From contig JAOZFT010000004.1 in assembly GCA_027492035.1 (NCBI GenBank), forward strand, positions 1-64,000: DNA of 64,000 nucleotides, in the 5' to 3' direction. The notes beneath the pieces are model-generated. The model saw only the letters and a list, made by a program, of their open reading frames with translations. It had not been told where the DNA came from and searched no databases. Below are positions 9,201-19,290 of this stretch, piece by piece (the stretch's first letter is position 1; every line of letters starts with the position of its first letter). Source of the stretch: Thermoproteota archaeon (GTDB lineage Archaea > Korarchaeota > JAOZGF01 > JAOZFZ01). Both the position numbers and the translations under genes were made by a program.

Positions 9201-11924
9201 TTATTTTAAGGTTTTAACAGCTACAATGTACCCTTTTTCAATTTTTACATTACAGGGCTGCTGTGAAAGCAGAGTAAATATTTCTTCGTCGGATAACTCT
9301 TTTGTAGTTGCAAACACTGTCTGGTTGGCTGGTAAGAGATGAATCACCCAAATAGTTTCTCCCCCCTTTACCCAGTTAAGGAGTACCTTTATTTTTTGCA
9401 CATTTACCCATTGTTCCTTTTCAATTTGCTTCTTTACCCCATAAAGTTTGTTGAATGCTTCAATAACGCTTTGGGCACCAGGTAACTGTGAAATTTCCAC
9501 TTTCTGTGCTTCAGCATCCAAAACAACAGTAGCTACATGTCTCTCAACATTCTGAACCTCTTTGTACATAGGGACCACGTAGAAAGTTTTGTTTTTCAGC
9601 CTCATAAAGAACACATTGCCGTGTCTTAATCCGCTGCCAAGCAAAGTCATCGCTTCAGCTACTTTTTCGTTACTCTCAAGCAAGTGAAGGGCTTTCACAG
9701 GCCCAACTGTATTGCTTTTCCCTATTATACCAACTCTGTAAAAAGTTATTCTTCCGAAATTTTTCCCGTGGAAAACCACGTACACACCAGCTAAGTAATG
9801 CCCTTTCAGTTCAGCCATTTGGATCCCGACAAATCTGAAAGAGTTATTTACAGGAAACATAATGTAGTAGACACCAGACCACCAAACTTCTTCACCCTTC
9901 CTTGTATCAACTGGGAAAGTGAACACATCTGTCCTTCCCTTCCAAGTGTCAAAGTCAGAAATGTGATAAAGGAAATCTGTAGCTAACTGTTTTTCAAGTA
10001 AAGGCTCTGGATACCGCCATTGTTCAATAAGCCATTGAGGAGGAGTTTGCCAGGGGTAATAGCTTCTGTAAAAGCCGTAAATTGGTTTTAAATATTTGTT
10101 CACAGTTATTTCCGGAGGTAAATAAAACTCCATGTGCCCATCATAAGAATCTACCAGAATAACTCCCAGTAATTGGAGGTAGGGTGACTGGGAGTAAGGG
10201 ATTGGCAGGTTTAGATCTATCCAAACATGTACGGCGAAATACATTTTTCCATTGTGAAAAACAGGGTATGCATCCCTGCTTTCCTCAGGCCCCACTGTTA
10301 AACCAGGCAGCAGTATATTTTCTACTCTTTCAAATGAGTTACGCAGTGTTAACAACCCGACACTTTCCTCCTGTATGAAACCGAAATGTGGAAAAAGTTT
10401 AGCGAATTTAACAAAGCCTGTAAGTCGAACATCAGGTTCCGAATTGAAGCTCCAGTTGGAAGTAGTGATTTCTTTGTATTTTGTTGTAAGGTAAACTTCA
10501 GGAATATCTCTTCCTTCACTGTAGTATATCGGGATTATACTTGAAACTCCAAGCAGTTTTTTCACTTCAGAGGGAGGAATTATTTCCCCAGTGGTTGGGT
10601 CAAGAATTATTAATCCTTCAGCGTGAGTGTAGAGTACATGTTTTTTCAACCAGTCGCCTCCTATGTAGTCTTCGTTAAGTCTCATTGGAATTATCCAGTA
10701 TTCGCTGCCTGTTTTATTAACGAAAACTATGTCACTATCAGAAGGCCTCATCCAAGATGCACCCACCAAAGGTAGAGTGCGCCGGAAAGAGGCCATATAA
10801 TCCCATATTCTTGTCTTATTTAAAACATAAGTTGAGCTTAGGTTTGTCTTTAATTGCCCCAAGTTTTCCCGATGTATAGTGTCAATCCCGGCTAAGGTTT
10901 TGGTTATATGAATTGCTTTCACGGTTTTAGTGCCCCATACCCATTCCTTTTCATAAATAGATTCCCTAATTTTGTAGTTGGTAAACCATACTCCGCCAAA
11001 AACAATGATTAAAACCAGTAACGCCAAAAAATATTTTTTAACGCATCCTTTAAAGAAATCCTTACCCAGTTTTTTTAAGTCACCATAAACTGTCAAGAGT
11101 GTTAACCCGGTCAGCCACAGCCCAGTGGCTAACAGAAAATAAAGTTTAAGAGTCGACCAAACAACGTTTTCCCACCTGGGAATAGTTAAAAAGTAATCTA
11201 TGTAAAGTATGTCAAGAATTAAAACTGCTGACAAACTCTTTTTGTAAAAATCGCGTCTGTAACTGGTTTCAGCGGTATAAAAGAGTAACCTAGCTATAAG
11301 AGAAACTGAAAATATTAATGCTACGTACCACCAGAAACTGTGGGAAACAAGGATGTTTAAGTTAGAAAGAATTTCTTCCGATGAAGTGTAAGGGTTTAAA
11401 CACCATTTTATTCCAAGCCCCACTCCTTCAAAAAGAGCAACTGGTGATTTTAGAGATAACAAGTAATTTATCAGGAAGGGGGTTGTAGCAAAAAAGAAAG
11501 AGAAGGTGATAAAGAATTGAAAAGCCCTCCAAAGGAAGGTAGCTTTCTTACTTACTTTTACTTCCTCTATCTCCTTATAGGTTTTCGAAGCCAATGCTTC
11601 CAACAAATCTGGTGGCAGAGACTTATACTTTCTTTTCTTCTCTAACCTAGCAAGTCTTTTTGAAGCTAAAAAGTTAAGGAAGGATAGAAGCAGAGACTTT
11701 GCCGGGCTTACCAACAGTGAAGGCAAAATAAACGCTAAACTTAAAATAAGGGCTAGGGATAATCTTCCTCCCCTGTAAAGGAAGAAATCTGTAATGTATT
11801 CAACCCCTGCCTTTTTACTATAAAGCTCCTGATAAATGCTTAGATCAACTAGCCATGAAGTAATCGGCATCCACAATATAAAGACAGCAACTATAAACAA
11901 AACAAGAAGTTTTTTCTTATCCAT
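9201..11924 (-). CDS. UPF0182 family membrane protein
   Basis: Multi-TM N-terminus; RIWD, W..KHVLYTH, DAYPV, VDSYDG, WRYPE.L..Q...YH and GNV motifs. Confidence 0.88.
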   Translation of the reverse strand: MDKKKLLVLFIVAVFILWMPITSWLVDLSIYQELYSKKAGVEYITDFFLYRGGRLSLALILSLAFILPSLLVSPAKSLLLSFLNFLASKRLARLEKKRKYKSLPPDLLEALASKTYKEIEEVKVSKKATFLWRAFQFFITFSFFFATTPFLINYLLSLKSPVALFEGVGLGIKWCLNPYTSSEEILSNLNILVSHSFWWYVALIFSVSLIARLLFYTAETSYRRDFYKKSLSAVLILDILYIDYFLTIPRWENVVWSTLKLYFLLATGLWLTGLTLLTVYGDLKKLGKDFFKGCVKKYFLALLVLIIVFGGVWFTNYKIRESIYEKEWVWGTKTVKAIHITKTLAGIDTIHRENLGQLKTNLSSTYVLNKTRIWDYMASFRRTLPLVGASWMRPSDSDIVFVNKTGSEYWIIPMRLNEDYIGGDWLKKHVLYTHAEGLIILDPTTGEIIPPSEVKKLLGVSSIIPIYYSEGRDIPEVYLTTKYKEITTSNWSFNSEPDVRLTGFVKFAKLFPHFGFIQEESVGLLTLRNSFERVENILLPGLTVGPEESRDAYPVFHNGKMYFAVHVWIDLNLPIPYSQSPYLQLLGVILVDSYDGHMEFYLPPEITVNKYLKPIYGFYRSYYPWQTPPQWLIEQWRYPEPLLEKQLATDFLYHISDFDTWKGRTDVFTFPVDTRKGEEVWWSGVYYIMFPVNNSFRFVGIQMAELKGHYLAGVYVVFHGKNFGRITFYRVGIIGKSNTVGPVKALHLLESNEKVAEAMTLLGSGLRHGNVFFMRLKNKTFYVVPMYKEVQNVERHVATVVLDAEAQKVEISQLPGAQSVIEAFNKLYGVKKQIEKEQWVNVQKIKVLLNWVKGGETIWVIHLLPANQTVFATTKELSDEEIFTLLSQQPCNVKIEKGYIVAVKTLK

Positions 11925-12127
11925 TCCCCTTCCCTATTTTTCTTCTTACTTCATTTAATTTCTAGTCGAAATATTTTTAAACATAGATAATTTGGAAACT
12001 TCCTTTCCCTTTATAAAGGGATGCAGCACATTTTGAAGAAAAATGAGGAAATAAATTTTACCACAAAAATTTTTCATTTTAAAGAAGGAAAGAATGACTA
12101 TAAGCAGAAAGGGGGAAAGGGAAAGAG

Positions 12128-12883
12128 TTGAAGATGAGAAGCACAGCTTTGAAGAAAAGAGAGTTCATTGACCTCTCCTTACGAAAAGTTATACATGTAA
12201 TGTTTTGCATCGTTTTGTTGTTTCCTTTCATAGTAGATACTGAATCCTTTCTTCACCTCACCATTTTACAGTTTTATTTAGTTTTAAGTTTGTTTTCTTT
12301 AGCTGTAAACGTTTTGCAGGTTAGAAGGCCTTTGATAAAACATGAGTTAGTGAATGCAATGAGGAGGAGCAGAGAGAAAATCCTTAGGGAAATAAGAGAA
12401 TTAAGAGTTTTGAAAAGAGTTCCTTTAGGTGTGAAATTGGTTGAAGGCTTCACTGAACTTGACAAGAAAATAAGGATGATGGAGGACTCCTTTTATACGC
12501 AAATAGATAGAATGGAAAGATCTTACGAAAAAATAGGAGGATACATGGGGATAACTGCAGGTGTAATTGGAACCCTTTTTTCATATGTTTTTTTCACGAA
12601 ATATTCTTTTTATGGGGTGTTAAGCTTATTGGTGTATGACACTTCCTCTTCCTTGTTCGGTTTCGCTGCAGGTAAAAGGAAGTGGCCTAAAACAAATAAA
12701 ACAGTTGAGGGGTCTGTTTTTGGCTTACTTTTCTTCACAACTGTCCTTTTCTTCCTAACAGGGTTATTGCTTAACTCATTTCTTATCTCTTTGGTTGCAG
12801 CGGTTACTGAAGCCTATGGAGTGGAAGATAATCTTTTCCTTCCTGTTTCAACCTCACTTGTTGCTTTCTTTTTAAAAATATGA
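12128..12883 (+). CDS. Dolichol/phytol kinase-like (CTP-transferase family) membrane protein
   Basis: RKVIH near N-terminus; DTSSSLFG..G.RKWP.TNKTVEGS; EDNL.LP. Confidence 0.85.
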   Translation: MKMRSTALKKREFIDLSLRKVIHVMFCIVLLFPFIVDTESFLHLTILQFYLVLSLFSLAVNVLQVRRPLIKHELVNAMRRSREKILREIRELRVLKRVPLGVKLVEGFTELDKKIRMMEDSFYTQIDRMERSYEKIGGYMGITAGVIGTLFSYVFFTKYSFYGVLSLLVYDTSSSLFGFAAGKRKWPKTNKTVEGSVFGLLFFTTVLFFLTGLLLNSFLISLVAAVTEAYGVEDNLFLPVSTSLVAFFLKI

Positions 12884-13017
12884 GCTTTAAAAAAAGATGT
12901 CATACAATTAACGATTAAAAAGTTTTAAGAAGGCTTCTTTCTTCTTTAACATATTCTCTTAGTTGCAAAAAAAGAAACATGAACAATTTTAATTTAATTT
13001 TCGGATTTTTATGATTC

Positions 13018-13560
13018 ATGGTTAAAGTAGGGTTTAAGGGTAAGGTTGTCGAATACAAAACTTGCTTTTCCTCTTTGAAACAATTGAAATTATGTAGTTC
13101 ATTTTTTAAGTCTGTTGACAAAAAAGAGAAAGAGAAGCTTTCCTGGCTTCTTTCTAAAAGCTTAGTTTTAGCTTGTTTAAGTGAAATTTACCTTTACCCA
13201 CACTCTAAAATAAAAGTTGATGACTCCTCTATCCTAAAGGGGGAGAGTAAGTCTCCAGATGTAACTTTTTACCTAGGCCAGGAAGTTGTGGAGGGAGAGG
13301 TTAAAAGCAGCTCCTTCACCCTCCCAAACCCTTCCACTTACCAAGAAGAATTACTGAAAGGGTATTGTTTCGAGAAAAATGTTGTATTTATAGGTTTGTT
13401 TATAGAGAGGAATTCCTTAACAGCTAGGGTTGGAAAGTTAGTTTTGCTGGAGAACAATCAAAGACCTAACTTCTTTATTGAAAGAAGGAAACTGAGAAAC
13501 ATGGAAAGTCTAGGTTTTTTGGGGGGTGAATTCCTGTGGAGGAAAAGATTAAACCGTTAA
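13018..13560 (+). CDS. Putative PD-(D/E)XK nuclease
   Basis: SPDVTFYLGQEVVEGEVK matches the PD-x(n)-ExK pattern after a helical segment. Confidence 0.55.
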   Translation: MVKVGFKGKVVEYKTCFSSLKQLKLCSSFFKSVDKKEKEKLSWLLSKSLVLACLSEIYLYPHSKIKVDDSSILKGESKSPDVTFYLGQEVVEGEVKSSSFTLPNPSTYQEELLKGYCFEKNVVFIGLFIERNSLTARVGKLVLLENNQRPNFFIERRKLRNMESLGFLGGEFLWRKRLNR

Positions 13561-14627
13561 AGAAACTGAAGGAGTTAAAGAAGAGGTTCCACCACCCTAA
13601 AAAAATTTTTTCGTCCCCAGCTTTCCCTAATTTCTCGGTTGAGAAAAAAGATGGTGATTTTAAGTTCGGCTTCATTTACAACCCTAAAAACAAAACATTC
13701 CACGGCAACTATTTCTTAAAGAAACCATTTTCACTGTTTAACTTAACAGATGACACACAGAAACTTAACTCTTTCAATTTTTATCTTTTCAAACTTCTTA
13801 AGAATGAACCCTTCTTGGTTTTGGATTTTGACGGCTTAGTTTCTGCTTATTGCTCCACAAAGAGAGTGGAAGGTGTTTCAGTAACGGATTGGTCACACAT
13901 AAAATATATTTCCCTTAAAATAAATAGAGAAGAATTTGTTTTTACTTTAAACAGTTTGCTTTCAACCTTTTCAGGTTTCACACCTCTTCACAAAGACATC
14001 CTCTACCATGTCTTAAACATTTACTTTGAGGGAGAAAATTTTGTTCCGTTTAGAGATGTTTTAAGCGGGTTGGAGTCTTATCCTTCAGGTTCCGTAACTG
14101 ATTTAAAGGTGTTAAGCAGTATGAAACATTTAATCAGTATATTGGCATTGAAAGAGGAAAAGGAGGATTTAAAAGAGCTCTCATCCCTGCCAGAAAAGAC
14201 AGTAGTGGATTTGTCGAGTTTAAAGTTTTCACGACTCAAAATGTTCCTTTACCCTTTCATTCTCTCAAACGTATTCCATGGAGAAGATACCGGGAAAACT
14301 TTTCTTCTTACCCGCTGCAACCCCCTAAATTACTCATTAGAAAACTATTTGTCGCTAAATGACTTTGTTGAGGAGTTGCAGAAGAGAAGAAATAATTTAA
14401 TAATTAATTTTGATTTAATCCATCTTTTTGACCCTAAATTCCTTGGTTTAGCGAAAAATATAGGTTTTTTAAACCACAACATTTTTTTAAACAGAAGTTT
14501 CCTTTCTTTAGAGAGGGAGCTTGACATGAATCTACCCATATTTTTAAATTACTTGGATCAAGAAGGCATGGTGTTATTTGAAAGAGAGAGAAACCAATTA
14601 TTCCTTTTAATGCACCCCTTCTTCTAA
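13536..14627 (+). CDS. HerA/VirB4 (DUF87)-like ATPase-fold protein with degenerate catalytic motifs
   Basis: PFLVLDFDG, KTVVDLSSL and overall motif spacing resemble the DUF87/HerA core; no recognisable Walker A or B; overlaps the upstream ORF by 25 nt. Confidence 0.5.
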   Translation: MEEKIKPLKKLKELKKRFHHPKKIFSSPAFPNFSVEKKDGDFKFGFIYNPKNKTFHGNYFLKKPFSLFNLTDDTQKLNSFNFYLFKLLKNEPFLVLDFDGLVSAYCSTKRVEGVSVTDWSHIKYISLKINREEFVFTLNSLLSTFSGFTPLHKDILYHVLNIYFEGENFVPFRDVLSGLESYPSGSVTDLKVLSSMKHLISILALKEEKEDLKELSSLPEKTVVDLSSLKFSRLKMFLYPFILSNVFHGEDTGKTFLLTRCNPLNYSLENYLSLNDFVEELQKRRNNLIINFDLIHLFDPKFLGLAKNIGFLNHNIFLNRSFLSLERELDMNLPIFLNYLDQEGMVLFERERNQLFLLMHPFF

Positions 14628-14629
14628 AG

Positions 14630-14905
14630 GTGTTAACAAAAATGAGTAAGGAAAAAGAAAATAATTCTGGAATGAGTTTACCGGCTCCTGCTAAAAAATT
14701 AGATTTGAGAGGGTTAGTTTGTCCAATGCCTGACTTAAGGATAGAATTAGCTATGCAAAAACTTGAAGAGGGAGAAGTTTTAGTTGTTTACGCAGATAAA
14801 CCATTATCCCTTACTTCACTTAAGTCAAGTATGGAGGATAAAGGCTACATTTTTTTGACGCAAGTAGACAGAAACAAATTCTTTGAAATCTACATCCGAA
14901 AATGA
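14630..14905 (+). CDS. tusA: TusA/SirA sulfur carrier
   Basis: LDLRGLVCPMP motif. Confidence 0.9.
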   Translation: MLTKMSKEKENNSGMSLPAPAKKLDLRGLVCPMPDLRIELAMQKLEEGEVLVVYADKPLSLTSLKSSMEDKGYIFLTQVDRNKFFEIYIRK

Positions 14906-14975
14906 TTCACTTCCTCTAAAAAATTTCTCAAGAACTAGTAGAGAATTTTATTTAAAGGATGTAAGTTAACTTAAA

Positions 14976-15433
14976 ATGCCTAAAAGATCTTGGCTGGAAA
15001 AATTACCTGATAAAAAAGATTTCCCTAAGGTGATAAAGTTCCATCACAACCTTTCATGTGCCAAGGCTTTATTAAAATTAAGGCACAGAACCGGAGACAG
15101 TGTAATGAAGAAAGTGCGGAAAGGAACATTATTACTTTGAATTACTTTGAATGAAACATGTAAAGTTTTGGCTGAAAAATATGGAACAAAGTACTGTTGC
15201 CCTTTCACAACTGGAATTTTTGTTTTGATGGCTGCAAACACTGCAGAGGAAAGGGATAAGAAAACCCCTATTGGCGCATAATAAAGAACAAGTGTGGATT
15301 GAATAGGAAGTACCGAGGTGGGATTGAAAAACATAGGAAGCTTCTAGAGAAGGAAGACTATAAAGTTGTTAAAAAAGGGAAGAGGTACATATTTGGGGAT
15401 TTTGAGAAGTTTCTAGTGAAAGAACTTTACTGA
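14976..15433 (+). pseudogene. Disrupted MGMT/ATL (alkyltransferase-like) family gene
   Basis: MPKRSWLEKL...MKKVRKG, in-frame TGA inside a 10-bp tandem duplication (ATTACTTTGA x2, 15131-15150), ...LAEKYGTKYCCPFTTGIF..., frameshift near 15265, then PYWRIIK...LNRKYRGG...LLEKE. Confidence 0.75.
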
Positions 15434-15442
15434 AATAGGTAA

Positions 15443-17794
15443 TTAAGAAATCGAAGTTTGTGGGAAAAGTTTTTGGGCTTGGTTATTACTTTCATTAAGT
15501 TCAGAGATCAAATTGAGGGGGTCAACAATTACGGTTACGTTGTGTTGGCCGAGAGGTAATTGCTCCTCAATTTTTAAAGTGTAGAAGTATTTTTCCATGG
15601 AAGGTAGGGGTACAGGACAAATGTTTGTGGCTAAAACTTCCCCATCAAAAAGAACTTGGAAATATATGGGAGGCTCAGCTTCCCCCTCCCCTGAGTTAAC
15701 TATTTCAAATTGTACATTGTGTAAGGTTAAATTTTCAAATACTTCGCTTAAGGCATAGTTTACTCTTAAATGTTCCACCACCAAGTCTGGAAGCTTCATC
15801 TTTTCCGCTTCAAAGTAAACTGAATCTTGATTATTTGTTTCGTTGCTTTCTGCAACTGAATTATTTGGGTCAACTGCGACTTCAATTTTGTAACGTCCAG
15901 GTGCTTCTAAACTGAAATTGAAATTTGTAATTATTTCTTCCCCGGGATCTAGATCTGGAAGTTTCAGTTCTTGTTCATTCACCAATTCCTCTTCCCAATA
16001 CAGTTTAAATTTAACAGTGGTTGGTGGAGAGGAGGTGTTGCCCTCATTTTTTATTTTAACAGTTGCTTTAGTGGAGATCGGCGCCTGAACCTTAGGTGGA
16101 GGGGCCTCTATTTTTTCAATTTTCAGGTCAGGTTTATTTTTAGGTTTAACTGGAGAGACTGTCTTGCTTGAAATCAGGTATCCATAGTTTGTATGGTTTT
16201 TTCCAGTCACATGGATAAGTATTTCCTTTATTTCGTTAGGTTTCTCCGCCACAATTTTTAATTTGAAGTTTAAAACTTTACCCACTGGTAAAGCTTCTTT
16301 TCCATAAAGCCTTAACCCTCCCGGGATTCTTTCACTACCCCACCCTGGGATCGGTTCAATAACTCCTGCACTTTTCCATTTAGGTTTTTGTTCATTAAAG
16401 AAGATTTCAAGATCATACACTTTGTTACTGTAGGGAAGAAGCGGTATAACCTTGAAAAACTCGACGCTAACAGTTATCACATCATCTTTAACTGAAAAAT
16501 TTGATTCACAAGCTGTCAATATTTGTTTCTGCGGAGTTGGAGATGTAGGGGAAGGTTTTACAGTAGGAGGGAGTGGAGGGGGAGGAGTGAATGTTTCAGT
16601 AGGTGAGGGAGTAGGGGGTGGTGGAGAAATCCTTGATGAGGAAATTTCTGGGTTTAAATCTTTTCCTTCAAGCCCGTTTAAAACAATTCTTTTAGCTTTG
16701 CTCCAGTTCCCTCTCCAAACAGAGTAGTAAATTTCTCCTCCTTTCTCAGTACTCCACCACACAGTTAATGCTTTGCCACTTTGAAGAAAGACTACAGCAG
16801 GCCTATAATCTGTTGTCCCTGAGTTGGCTGCAAAACCTGATTTAAAGTTTCCACATTCATAAGAAGACCAAACGTCCCCATTATTTTCAGTATTTACATA
16901 GGTAACTATTGCGCAGTCACGGGAGTCGCAGTCAGTTTCAGGCATCTGCATGTAACCTATGGTTTGAGGCTTAGTCCATGAAACACCGTTCCAAATAGAA
17001 AACATTACTTCTCCGTTTTCAGTTGACCAAACAGCTTTTACACTTCCGTGTTCCGAAATGCCACATCTAAAAACAGTGTAGGTATGAAAGTCACTCACTG
17101 CATTTCTGGTTTGGAGGGGGATGGGTTGAGGCTGACACCATTTATTTCCATTAAACCTAGAATAGAAAATTTTTGTTATGTTAGAGGAAGTAGAGTCTGA
17201 CCAAATTGCTATTGCCGACGGCTTTTCTTCATTTTCGTAGGTGATTTCAGGGAGAGAGGCTGTGTAAAGGGTGTAGTTTGGAGTTAACGATTTTGCCTGG
17301 CTCCATTTACCAATTAGTTTATTATATGTTGAGTAATACATTAATCTTTTACCATTTTCCACATGCACCCAAACACAAACAGCTTCCCCTTTAGAATTAT
17401 AAGCAACATCCGGGTCGATATCTAAACCCGGAATTTGACATAAAGGTTTTGCAGGTGTCCAAGTGAAATTATTTAGACTCCATATTGAGTAATATATGTC
17501 ACCGGTTTCCTGGTTTGACCACACAGCAATTGCGGAGTCATGCGGCCCAAACTCTATGTTGGGGTCGTAGTCATTACCCTTAAGAGTAGAGATAGGTGAA
17601 GCTGTGCCGTTTAGAGTCCACCACTGCTCCCTTGCATCATCCCAAATAGAGTACCAAATATCCCAGTCTTGTTTAGTGTAATGTTGCCAGACAGCAATAG
17701 CATCAACTTCCCCTTTCGGCGGGGAAGGCTGACCTAAACAACCAAAAAGAAAAGTTAAAACAATTAAGCCAATAAGAAAAGGGGGTTTCTTCAT
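15443..17794 (-). CDS. Cell-surface lipoprotein: beta-propeller, Pro-rich linker and two CARDB domains
   Basis: FLFGC lipobox-like signal; about 7 repeats of IxYSxW; PPPPTPSPT linker; two PDL...VDP.N.(V/I).E.NE.NN CARDB signatures. Confidence 0.85.
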   Translation of the reverse strand: MKKPPFLIGLIVLTFLFGCLGQPSPPKGEVDAIAVWQHYTKQDWDIWYSIWDDAREQWWTLNGTASPISTLKGNDYDPNIEFGPHDSAIAVWSNQETGDIYYSIWSLNNFTWTPAKPLCQIPGLDIDPDVAYNSKGEAVCVWVHVENGKRLMYYSTYNKLIGKWSQAKSLTPNYTLYTASLPEITYENEEKPSAIAIWSDSTSSNITKIFYSRFNGNKWCQPQPIPLQTRNAVSDFHTYTVFRCGISEHGSVKAVWSTENGEVMFSIWNGVSWTKPQTIGYMQMPETDCDSRDCAIVTYVNTENNGDVWSSYECGNFKSGFAANSGTTDYRPAVVFLQSGKALTVWWSTEKGGEIYYSVWRGNWSKAKRIVLNGLEGKDLNPEISSSRISPPPPTPSPTETFTPPPPLPPTVKPSPTSPTPQKQILTACESNFSVKDDVITVSVEFFKVIPLLPYSNKVYDLEIFFNEQKPKWKSAGVIEPIPGWGSERIPGGLRLYGKEALPVGKVLNFKLKIVAEKPNEIKEILIHVTGKNHTNYGYLISSKTVSPVKPKNKPDLKIEKIEAPPPKVQAPISTKATVKIKNEGNTSSPPTTVKFKLYWEEELVNEQELKLPDLDPGEEIITNFNFSLEAPGRYKIEVAVDPNNSVAESNETNNQDSVYFEAEKMKLPDLVVEHLRVNYALSEVFENLTLHNVQFEIVNSGEGEAEPPIYFQVLFDGEVLATNICPVPLPSMEKYFYTLKIEEQLPLGQHNVTVIVDPLNLISELNESNNQAQKLFPQTSIS

Positions 17795-17980
17795 TGTTTA
17801 ACTTCACTTTCTCATCTAAGTCCTAATTTTTATAGGCATAACCTCAACTTTTAAAGTTTATGCTTAAAAAGAAGATTTAGTTTTAAAGGGAGAAGTGGGT
17901 TTTATTTTGTTCATTTACATTTTTTTCAAGGGCGATGGTTAAACGCTTAAAGGTAAATACTTAAAACGAAGTGAAAAACA

Positions 17981-18517
17981 TTGAGGGAAGAGGTTATACC
18001 CCTCTACGCTCAGGCAGTGATAAGTTTAAACTTTGATGGAGAAATAAAAGAAGTGTTGATTTTTGACTACTTAGACCCTGAACTTTATTATTTTAACCTT
18101 AAGAGGGACAAAACTAAGTTTGAAAAGGAGAAAATGAGCTTATGGAAAAGAATGCAGGGTTTCATAGATAAAGAAACTGCGTTCCTTAACGGTGAAGAAG
18201 TTTTTTCAGTAATTGAACAAGTAGAAATAGGTTTTAGGGGAAGGAAGGAAACCCCCTTCATTTTATTCCTTATTTCAACACTTGCCCCTTTAAAGGAGGG
18301 TGAAAATATCTACGAAGTTTTCTATGAAAATGAAACGCTTGACTACGACGTTTTTTCCATCTGGTTCTTTCCCCTCAGAACCGAAATAACTGAAGTAATT
18401 TCGAACCTTAAACACTTCACTGAAAAGAATTTTTTAATTTTCCATGGAAGGAAAGGGACAGAGCTTGAAGGATACGAGAAAATCTGTTTTAACATAAAAA
18501 AGGAGGGATTTTGTTGA
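17981..18517 (+). CDS. Conserved hypothetical archaeal protein
   Basis: 178-aa ORF overlapping the nucS start by 7 nt. Confidence 0.7.
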   Translation: MREEVIPLYAQAVISLNFDGEIKEVLIFDYLDPELYYFNLKRDKTKFEKEKMSLWKRMQGFIDKETAFLNGEEVFSVIEQVEIGFRGRKETPFILFLISTLAPLKEGENIYEVFYENETLDYDVFSIWFFPLRTEITEVISNLKHFTEKNFLIFHGRKGTELEGYEKICFNIKKEGFC

Positions 18518-19275
18518 AGTTAAGAATTAACCCTTCACTAGAGGAAACTGAGGAATTTCTTAATGAAAACATCGCCAAAAAGAGATTCATTATCTTGCTA
18601 GGTTCCTGTAAAGTTGACTACATTGGCCGTGCAAAGTCTACGTTAACACAAGGAGAAAGAGTGATACTTATTAAAAGGGATGGGTCAGTTCTTATTCATA
18701 AAGGGACAGGTTACCAACCTGTTAATTGGCAGCCTCCACCATGCACTGTTTCAGCGAAAAGAGAAGGGGATTCTTTGAAAGTGACAGCTTTAAGAATAAA
18801 ACCTTTAGAGAAACTGGAAATTCATTTTTCCAAAATAAACCTGGTTCTTGCATTTCACTTACAAGATGAAGGAGTTTTTGACTTGCTGCTTCAGGAGGAA
18901 GTAATGAAGAAAGCTGTGTTAACAAAACCAGAAATTTTGGAACAAGGTTTTAAACCGTTAGAAACAGAAAAGAGAATTAATTCAGGGTTTATTGACTTGT
19001 ACGGTTTAGATAGGGAAGGAAAACCTGTAATTGTGGAGTTTAAAAGGAGAAAAGCTGAAAAAGAGGATGTAGACCAGCTTTTGACTTACGTGGCAGAGAT
19101 GGAATCTAAAGGGAAAAGAAAAATTAGAGGCGTGTTAGTTGCTCCTTCAATTTCAAAACCTGCTTACGCTTTAGTCCAGAAGAATAATTTGGAGTTTAAG
19201 AAGTTAACCCCTAAAGAATGTCAGGAAATGATGAAACATAAAACAATTAAGATAACTGAGTTCTTTAAAGAATGA
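18511..19275 (+). CDS. nucS: Endonuclease NucS/EndoMS
   Basis: YIGRAKSTL..G.R...IK.DGSVLIH, PVNWQPP, GFIDLYG...IVEFKR and QL..Y. Confidence 0.95.
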   Translation: MLKLRINPSLEETEEFLNENIAKKRFIILLGSCKVDYIGRAKSTLTQGERVILIKRDGSVLIHKGTGYQPVNWQPPPCTVSAKREGDSLKVTALRIKPLEKLEIHFSKINLVLAFHLQDEGVFDLLLQEEVMKKAVLTKPEILEQGFKPLETEKRINSGFIDLYGLDREGKPVIVEFKRRKAEKEDVDQLLTYVAEMESKGKRKIRGVLVAPSISKPAYALVQKNNLEFKKLTPKECQEMMKHKTIKITEFFKE

Positions 19276-19290
19276 GTCAAGAAAGGAAAA

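Noticed and set aside
15138-15140. In-frame TGA as possible selenocysteine
   Set aside because: It lies in a 10-bp duplication at a non-Cys position, the gene also has a frameshift, and no SECIS-like hairpin was seen.
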